This document shows, one piece after another, positions 53,470-60,863 of a stretch of DNA of 64,000 nucleotides. Each line of letters starts with the position of its first letter. The first letter of the stretch is position 1. The stretch comes from Carpediemonas membranifera BICM (lineage: Eukaryota > Protista > Fornicata), in the NCBI GenBank assembly GCA_019828565.1, contig JAHDYR010000062.1:1064421-1128420 (forward strand), read 5' to 3'. A model generated the notes under the pieces. That model was not told where the DNA came from. It did not search any database and worked only from the letters and a program-made list of their open reading frames with translations. Position numbers and translations under genes: made by a program.

Positions 53470-53600
53470 TATGCTCTCCGACCAGAGCTGCACTAGTCTG
53501 GAACGCTTCTTCGGACAGACGATTCGAGACCTGCTGTTGGCCGGGCTCAAAACTCAACCCACACCGCTAAGACTAGCACCTTTACAACACGTCGCTCCCT

Positions 53601-54584
53601 TCAGAGGAAGTAATCCGGCACGCTGGCGCACATGGCGGGGATCTTCCTCTCGCCTGCAGGTGCCTCGCTGAACAGCCGGAACGTGTGCTCCTGGAGTCCG
53701 GAAATCTGCATGATGCTGGCGACGTTGCCCGCGTGGTATGTGTAGTTCGGGGCAGACCAGACGGTCGCCAGCTTGTTGTTGAACCAGTAGTTGTACCCCT
53801 CCATCACCAGCTGGTGGGCCCTGGCGATAAACGAGAGGTTGTTCACACGCAGGAACTCCTCAGTGACGTGTGCCCCGAAGACGTAGCCCGCCCCGCGGCT
53901 GTTGACGCCCCAGCCCTCGATCGAGTCCGGGTCTGACCAGAGCAGGTCGCACATGGGGCCGTAGTCGGGCACCTCCACCATCCGGTCGAACTCGTCGATG
54001 TTGTCGACAGCGGGGAGGGAGGGCGAGAGGCCGCCGTGGGTGCAAAAGATGGTGTCGTCGATAATCGCGGTTACAGGGAGGTAATCAAATGATGTGCAGC
54101 ACATCCGCCATGCGGCAACAGTCTGGCGGCGGATGCACTCTTCGTAGAAGCCGTAGTTGCGGGAGATCGACCTCGACTCGTGGTTTCCGCGGATAAGGTG
54201 GATTCTGTCGGGATACATCACCTTCTTGAGGACCAGGTACATGAAGGTCTCCACAGAGTAGTAGCCGCGGTCGACATAGTCGCCCAGGAAGAGATAGCTC
54301 GTGTATGGTACATACCCGCCAACGCGAAAGAGCTCGAGCAAGTCAAAGAACTGGCCGTGGAGATCGCCACAAACCGAAATAGGAGAGGATAGGCGGATGA
54401 GGTTCTTATCTTTCACCCAGATGTCCCGGGCAAGTTCGTTAAGAATACGAACAGCATCTTCAGACAGGTTCTCGCACTTGAGCATCATCTCTTCCCATTT
54501 CTCTAAAGATTTCGTGCCTGTTGTACTCGTTACAGTGTTAGCAGGTGGGCGCATACCAGCAGATATCGCCTCCGCTGTGCTCAT
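53601..54584 (-). CDS. PP2A-family Ser/Thr phosphatase catalytic subunit (PP4/PP6 type)
   Basis: GDLHGQ, GDYVDRG, RGNHE, VWSAPNY, C-terminal DYFL. Confidence 0.93.
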   Translation of the reverse strand: MSTAEAISAGMRPPANTVTSTTGTKSLEKWEEMMLKCENLSEDAVRILNELARDIWVKDKNLIRLSSPISVCGDLHGQFFDLLELFRVGGYVPYTSYLFLGDYVDRGYYSVETFMYLVLKKVMYPDRIHLIRGNHESRSISRNYGFYEECIRRQTVAAWRMCCTSFDYLPVTAIIDDTIFCTHGGLSPSLPAVDNIDEFDRMVEVPDYGPMCDLLWSDPDSIEGWGVNSRGAGYVFGAHVTEEFLRVNNLSFIARAHQLVMEGYNYWFNNKLATVWSAPNYTYHAGNVASIMQISGLQEHTFRLFSEAPAGERKIPAMCASVPDYFL

Positions 54585-55003
54585 AGCGGCGATGCAGTTT
54601 AGCCAGCATTTTAAGGCTCTGGCTGTGTGGTATTTAGAGGGTTTATGGGTTTATGTGGAGGATTCATGTAAAGGTGACTTAGGCTGTCGACCCCCCTGGG
54701 ATGAACTCCAGTCCATTTTGACTCAACAATTCTAATCCTGCGCGGCACACTACCTCCACTCACCCACTTCAGCCCTCGTCTGTACCATCTGGCTTTCGTG
54801 CTTTCAGTCGTCGGTCTGCACGAAAAGATGCGTCGTCTGTCGTCCGTCGTCTGTCGTGAGAGACACTAGTGGTGGAAAGCGGTTGTAGCTGGTAGTAAAG
54901 ACGCTTTGTGTTGTATGATGCTGGTTTCTTGTGTTTTGAGGGATGCTGCTAGCTGATGAACCCGGAAAAGAAATGATCGATGCAGGCAGCTCAATAGACT
55001 CCG

Positions 55004-56908
55004 ATGCCTTCCAAGATATACACGGTGAAGGCTTCCGTTAACAAGGCCATTGGCGAGATTAACGGTGGAGGCGATAACAACGCGCCGCGGCGAGGAAACC
55101 TTGAACCCGGCATGCGTTCTTTCACGCAGGCTAAGTACACATTCACTTGCCTGCTTGCGTGCGTCTCTGCATCTGCGCACGCGTTGACCCCACCGAGGAC
55201 GGTCAACCTGTTCGACGAGGAGGTCCTCAAGCAGATCGTCAGCATTGCCAAGGGAAGAGAGACCAAGGCAAAGGCAGCGGATCGGTGCAGGTGGATTGGC
55301 GACCTGGCGATGTGGAGGGACCCTGACATAACCCCACTCGTCGAGGACTTCGTCACAGCTTATAGCTACCCATGCTTGGCAGCGCCATTTCAGAGTTGGT
55401 TGGGTGAGTACTCCACAGCCACCCGGGTCTGGCTCTCGCGCGCGTCACCCGCGTACCTGACCCGTCTTCGTGCTGGAATAGAACGGGTGCGTCCGCTCCT
55501 CCATGATCGGCCGGGTGTTCGACAGGATTTTCTCCACACCCTAGGCGAGCTCGACACTGAGGTTGCCGCCATAGCCGCCGATCATGGCAGGTATCATCCT
55601 CAAATACATGCATCGCCCTAGGGGCAACGGGTGGGTCGCACTGATACCGTGGCCGAGGCCCTTGTCGGCGTGCTGTCGTGCGTCACGCGCATGAGTGCTG
55701 CAGTGACCAAGCTGGTCACACTCACTCGTGCCGTGAACCTCGAGCTCAGTCAGGCCCTGCCAGAGCCGAAGCTCATCCCGTTCGTGCCGATGGCACCGGT
55801 CAGGCCTGGGTTCATGACCATCGAGCGCGGAGTAACAGCGCTCACCCCAGCGATGAAGCGGCGCCTGCGTGTGCACGTGAATTGGTCAGCAACCAAGAAC
55901 TTGACCGACGAGCAGGTGGCTGAATACGAGCGTGATCACGGCGACATCACCAAGCTCCGCAGAGTGCTCTCTGTGAAGACTGACGGGGTCTCTGCTGCTG
56001 TGAAGGTTTGGGTGGGTCGCGAGAAATACCGTGGCGGTCGGGTGGCTGACCGGCCCACGTACAAAAAAGGTAGCAGCAACAAACGGGCTCGGCTCGGTCA
56101 GGATGACGCCGAGGCTACTCCTGCCCCGGACATTCAAGCTCTCATGGGCTTCGACCCTGGTGCTCGGTCGCTGGGCGGCTACACGATCCGCCGCCCAGAC
56201 GGGCAGAGTGTATCTGGCGTACTCGCTAAGTGTGGCTACACTGCCACCCCCTCTTTCCGCGTGAATATGAGCGCAGAATCGTTCAAAACGACAAGTCTAG
56301 AGGCTCTCAAACAGTCGATTAGGTTTGTCCATGAGAACATCGTTCAGATCATCAACGAGGGGACGAGAAAGTGTTTCCGCCGTGCGACTTTTGCCAATCA
56401 CTGTCTGCGCCTGAAGCACTTCGCCCGGGCTGGACGTCAACTCCTGGATGATCTCGGCGGGCGCCCCCCGGAGCCCATTCACCTCGAAGTCGCGAATGGT
56501 GCTGCACTGTTCGGTTCCGCTGGCACTCCCTCCTGTGCTCCGTACCGCCACTTTGCTCGAGCACTTCCTGGCATAATGCTCCGGCACAACGTCGTCGTGA
56601 GTGTCACGATGGTCTCGGAATTCCGCACTTCCATCGTGTGCCCATACTGCAAAGCACACTTCAGACGTGTGGTGCACACACACCGCACCATGCGCTGCCA
56701 GAATCCCGCGTGCGAGGGAGCTCCATGGCGCGTTGAACGGCTACGTCGGCATCCCGAGCAGAGAGACATACTTCTCAATCTCTCTCACCGAGATAAGAGC
56801 GCCAGCGAGAACATCCTTTGGTGCACCTTCGATGCAACTTCAGATCAGATAGAGCAATCTCCTTTCCACTACGACTCCCAGAGAGGTGCTCTTCCTCGCT
56901 ATCATTAA
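55004..56908 (+). pseudogene. Fanzor1 (TnpB-related RNA-guided nuclease), about 634 codons, one in-frame TAG at 55619-55621
   Basis: ORFs 55004-55621 and 55631-56908 share one frame; YTVKAS, FVP..FMTI, KTDGVS (Fz1 motif), GFDPG (RuvC-I), SEFRTS (RuvC-II), CPYC/CQNPAC, HRDKSASENI (RuvC-III). Confidence 0.88.
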
Positions 56909-57033
56909 CTTGCTAAGTTGAGCAAGCACGCGCTGCAGCGCGCGTGATATGCTGCGCATGATTGATAGAGTATGATGAACCACACTGCGATCCTGATGCT
57001 GCTTGGATCACTGTGTGTTTTGGACTCAACAAT
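56909..57033 (+). ncRNA. Putative Fanzor omegaRNA scaffold (guide would extend past 57033)
   Basis: Hairpins cttgct/agcaag, cacgcgc/gcgcgtg, cacac..gatcc/ggatc..gtgtg; conserved in the deleted copy; expected position for TnpB/Fanzor. Confidence 0.65.
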
Positions 57034-57055
57034 AAAATGGGTCAGTTAAGCGGCA

Positions 57056-57112
57056 ATACTGCGCAATACGGCCTCGTATACATCCTACTCCCTTCTTAAA
57101 TCGGCTGGGAAA
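57056..57112 (+). repeat. Orphan sequence homologous to the family B left end
   Basis: 44/57 ungapped identity to the reverse complement of 59067-59123. Confidence 0.65.
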
Positions 57113-57203
57113 ACACCCTGACTGCTGCCCCACACCAGGGTCACATCACATCACATAGAGTTTATGTATTTAAACCATACCGTGTCAATAAAATAAAACA
57201 GCG

Positions 57204-58109
57204 TCACTTGGATTCAAACGTTTGGATATCAGTCCCCCCGCACATAATTCCGATTGACCCGCTTGACTCGACCGCCAGGCATGACAACTCCAGGCCGGCA
57301 TCACACATTCTCTGTATCCCCCCACTCTCGCCGACTGTTGCGATGTATCCGGCGCCAATGGTGCCGAGGATGCCGGCCCCGCCCAGGGCATAGTCTACAG
57401 CGCCGTCAGAGGCCACCTTCTCAGCGCCTGTCGCCCCGTCGGTGTGGACCCGGTACTGGGCAGACGGGGTAGACACGATGCACATCCCCTTGACACTTGG
57501 AGACACGTGTGTGACCTCGCTGACGGACGACGGGACCAGCAGGGGCGTCAGGGCCGCTGTGTCGGCCGCAGGGTCCGCCTCGGCAATGTAAACAGGCCCA
57601 CTCTCGAATGCAACCACAACAGCGCGGCTGCTGTGCCGGGCTAGACCCATGGGCATACCGGCTTCCTCTGGGATGTCGAAGTTGGTGTGGAAGAAGTGGT
57701 CGTCGGACGGCCGAATGAAGGTCAGCTGGTTCCTCGTCGGAAGAACAGAGTGGACGCAGATCAGGTCCTCTGTGAGTGCCACTGGCCGGCAGAACGTGCC
57801 GGGGAGGCAACGGTAGGTGCGGTGCCAGGTAATGACGGGGGATGCAGACATCACCACATGCCATAGGCAAACATAGCCATCCTTATCCTGGGAAATGAGG
57901 ATTGCATCGCTGAGAACCTCCAGACTAACGACTGCTGAGCGATGCATCGAGATCGTCGCCACCGGAATCTCATCCGCAAATGACCACAGCTCAATAGCTC
58001 CCAAAGCCGTACCTATGGCGAAATATTGTTTGTTTGCACATCGTAGAACAGCGCAAGATGATATCTCGGCTGAACACTTCATCGTAATTGTTGCGCAGTG
58101 TAAACACAT
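57204..58109 (-). CDS. WD40 protein (possibly ASA1/GNB1L-like)
   Basis: GTALGAIELWS, H..AVVSL..LISQDKDGYVCLW, TFCR, GMPM..AFESG; first ATG lies inside the element's right repeat (alternative 58082). Confidence 0.7.
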   Translation of the reverse strand: MCLHCATITMKCSAEISSCAVLRCANKQYFAIGTALGAIELWSFADEIPVATISMHRSAVVSLEVLSDAILISQDKDGYVCLWHVVMSASPVITWHRTYRCLPGTFCRPVALTEDLICVHSVLPTRNQLTFIRPSDDHFFHTNFDIPEEAGMPMGLARHSSRAVVVAFESGPVYIAEADPAADTAALTPLLVPSSVSEVTHVSPSVKGMCIVSTPSAQYRVHTDGATGAEKVASDGAVDYALGGAGILGTIGAGYIATVGESGGIQRMCDAGLELSCLAVESSGSIGIMCGGTDIQTFESK

Positions 58110-58276
58110 TGTTCGAACCTCCAAGACAGGGCCTGAAAGGAACGATCAAAGTGCCAAACTGCACAACATCATCCGTCCGTAGACGAATGTTGGCGGTTAG
58201 CCAATTGATGATACTGGAATGATGTTGGAAGGCGCGGGATCGAGGTGCGACTGAATGGAGAGCCACTGAGCTCATC
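58108..58276 (-). ncRNA. Putative omegaRNA scaffold (family B)
   Basis: Between the stop and the right repeat; caacat..cgtc-TACG-gacg..atgttg stem with a cUACGg tetraloop; ttggc/gccaa hairpin. Confidence 0.5.
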
Positions 58277-59040
58277 TTACGTGGCAAGAGAACGCCACAG
58301 GATGTTCTCTGCAGCACTCTTGTCCCGATGATCAACATTCAGAGCATCAGGAACTGTTGCGCGCCACTGAGCACCACGGCACTGTCGATTTTCGCAGAGC
58401 ATCACACGATGTGGGTGAACGTGCTGGTCATCACGCGGACGAACTCGCTTGTAGGGGGCGTGGCAGTGAGGGCAGACGACGGTGGTGCGATCCTCGTTAA
58501 CCATGTTAAGATCGACGACAATGTTATACCCCTTGAGAAGGGGAACTATCTCTCTCGCGAACTTTCGATATGGCGCGCAAGGAATGAACATACCAGCAGG
58601 CTTGGTGAATCCCGAGCTCCCGTAGAAGACTTTCAGGCGAATGGGGGTGGCGATGGGATGGTGGCGACCGCAACTCCCGAGCCAACTGTTGGCCGCAGCG
58701 GGCGAAGTGCTTCTGGCGAAGGATGTGGTTCGCAAAGCACACTCGGCGGAAACACTTACGCATTCCAGCCTCGAAAATGTCGTTCGCGTTGTCCAGCACA
58801 AACCTAATAGAGTTGTTGATACTCACTAGTCTTGTGCTCTTGAACGACGCGGCCGTCATATCAAACCCGAAACTTGGCGTCTTAGTGTATCCGCACTTTG
58901 GAAGGACGCCGAAGCTGGTGGTGCCATCGGGGTGCCTGATGTAATACCCTCCGATGGACCTCGCGCCCGGGTCGAACCCCATGAGGTGGGCATCAGGATC
59001 CGGCGCGGACGGAGCCTCGGCATTGTTTTCGAAGAAGACG
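58277..59040 (-). pseudogene. C-terminal half of a Fanzor gene with a frameshift near 58650-58680
   Basis: LMGFDPGARSIGGY, KCGYT..F, RKCFRR..FANH, then CAPYRKFAR, NEDRTT, CPHC..CENRQC, HRDKSAAENILW; clearly paralogous to the family A protein. Confidence 0.88.
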
Positions 59041-59411
59041 CTTTGTGGAAGCCCTGGAGAAGACGATCTCCCTACCGACTTAAGACGTGAGTAGGAGGGA
59101 GACAGGGCAGTGTTGCGCAGTATAAACACATTGTTCGACCCTTCAATGGCACAGTAATGGCCCCCTTAAACTGCACCCGAGAGACCTGGGCGTTTACGGC
59201 TGCTGGCCATCATCAGGTGTTGATAGCGCGTGCTTTGCACTAGCTCACTAGCATGGATGCTATTGTTGAGCGCGTCTCTGCCTCGCTCTCGAGTCCTGAC
59301 TGACGGATGGAAGATGGAGTTGATACTGGCATCAACAGGTTCGTCGTCACTGCCCAATTACCTATGGCCCACCAGGAAGCGATAGTTTACAAGACACTAA
59401 TCATCACAAGC

Positions 59412-60098
59412 TCAGCTCAGCCCGGCCCGGTTGAGCTGCGATTTCCCGGGGGTCTTCGGCTGCTTCAGACTCACGCTCTGCCGCATGGCCGGCGAGAGTG
59501 GCGAGCCCACATGGCCGACCATCGAGCCGACCTGTGTTCTGAGCTTCTCGAGACGCCCAATGGAAGACGACGACCAGGCGCTCGAGGAAGCCATGGACAT
59601 GGACCGCACGAGCCCGGGAGAGGGACGCAGACCAGCCTGCTGGAGCCCAGCCTTAGTGAGAGGGCCGTCGTGCTGGGGTGTGCCAAAGGACGAGGCTGTC
59701 GCTGCTGCAAGCGTCTCGCTCTCATCCAGGAGTTGGGACTGGGCTCGTTCGAGGTCGCGGCGACGCTCCCGATCCACTTGCTGCCACTTGTACACGGCCT
59801 GCTGCGCGCGCTCGGCTCTGTTGACGGCGTCCTGCACGGTTTCTTGTTGGAACTTGATCTCGGCATCTTTTCTTCTGATGACGGCCTCGAGGTCAGCAAT
59901 GATGGAGCCCTGAGTGCTCTTCATTTCAGCTAGCTGTCTGTGGAGTTCTTTGTTCGCCTTGTCCAGTTGCTGGCACCTTTCACGAATGGCCTCCATTTCT
60001 CCCAACTGAGCAATGTAACGGGCGTTGAGGGCATCAATTCTGGCATCATTGGCGACCTCGTTCACACGTTTCGAGTCTACCACTTCAGATTCAGACAT
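59412..60098 (-). CDS. Coiled-coil hypothetical protein
   Basis: 228-aa ORF with heptad pattern. Confidence 0.65.
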   Translation of the reverse strand: MSESEVVDSKRVNEVANDARIDALNARYIAQLGEMEAIRERCQQLDKANKELHRQLAEMKSTQGSIIADLEAVIRRKDAEIKFQQETVQDAVNRAERAQQAVYKWQQVDRERRRDLERAQSQLLDESETLAAATASSFGTPQHDGPLTKAGLQQAGLRPSPGLVRSMSMASSSAWSSSSIGRLEKLRTQVGSMVGHVGSPLSPAMRQSVSLKQPKTPGKSQLNRAGLS

Positions 60099-60404
60099 CT
60101 TTGCGTCTAATGGCGACCTTTTCGTTGTTCAAAACTTTTTCAACAGCTGTCGTCGATCTCGAAAATCTCCCAGTGTCAGAAGGGCAGGGACGGGGAATGC
60201 TCGGCAGTTCACTTTGTGGCAGTGTTCGTTGGGCCAAAGTTGCGAGAATAATGACACCTCCTGTTCTGCACATCATCATCACATCACACTGATACACACC
60301 CGAAGCATCAGCATCTCCATTGTTATCAACCCAGGCTAAGTCCTCCACTCGATCAATCCCCATTGTTCTCGCCGTGATAATTTAAATGCGGTAAAACAGG
60401 GCGC

Positions 60405-60779
60405 TCACAAGTCTCCCCGGCCTAAGATCATGGCAACACGCTCCATGAGCGGGTCTTCCTTCGGGTCGTACGATCCAATGGGCAGTTCGAGGATGACGGG
60501 GACGATGGCGGTGTAGTTGTCGATCTGGCGGCGAATGAGTTTGGCCGCAGCTTGGCTGATCAGAATGATGCTTATTCCGCTCTTGGGATCAGTGAACTTC
60601 TCAAAATATGACTTGATCTCGTCCATCTGGGTCTCTGGTTCGACGATAAGGTAGTTGTTGCCCGAATGGTCAGAGGAACCCGTTCCAGCGAGCAAAAACC
60701 CAACGACAGTGCTCTATGTAAGATAAAGACGAATGAGACAAACCTCGTCGGCGATGATCGCAATCTGACCAGTGGACAT
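60405..60779 (-). CDS. ATP6V1F: V-type ATPase subunit F, intron 60714-60743
   Basis: Spliced IAIIADE|STVVGFLLAG..IILISQ..ILELP..YDPKED; 30-nt GTTTGT..TAG intron. Confidence 0.92.
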
Positions 60780-60863
60780 TCTCGGCCAACTTGTTGTGAG
60801 GAGGCCTAACCTGCGAACAACACACAACACACAACCTCTGTTCATGTTTAGCACGAAATAAGC

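Larger units (their letters stand above)
54720..57033 (+). mobile_element. Fanzor1-encoding element (family A), bounded by direct repeat GACTCAACAAT
   Basis: Ends defined by homology with the 5259-6018 copy; core at 54720-54730 and 57023-57033; no transposase ORF or TIR seen. Confidence 0.88.
58089..59146 (-). mobile_element. Divergent, internally deleted Fanzor element (family B) flanked by 36-bp imperfect direct repeats
   Basis: 58089-58124 and 59111-59146 match at 33/36 and enclose a Fanzor C-terminal half. Confidence 0.85.

Noticed and set aside
55591-55621. GTATCA..CTAG 31-nt candidate intron that would remove the Fanzor stop codon
   Set aside because: 31 nt would shift the frame, but the two parts are already in frame; the alternative upstream frame has a TGA at 55504.
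55619-55621. TAG reassigned to Gln, as in hexamitid diplomonads
   Set aside because: Host genes here end in TAG (e.g. eIF5B, the LRR gene at 20851) and TAA, and none shows internal TAR codons.
55004-55621. First ORF as a separate transposase (TnpA)
   Set aside because: No HUH, serine-recombinase or DDE motif is visible; it is in frame with the rest and looks like the Fanzor N-terminus.
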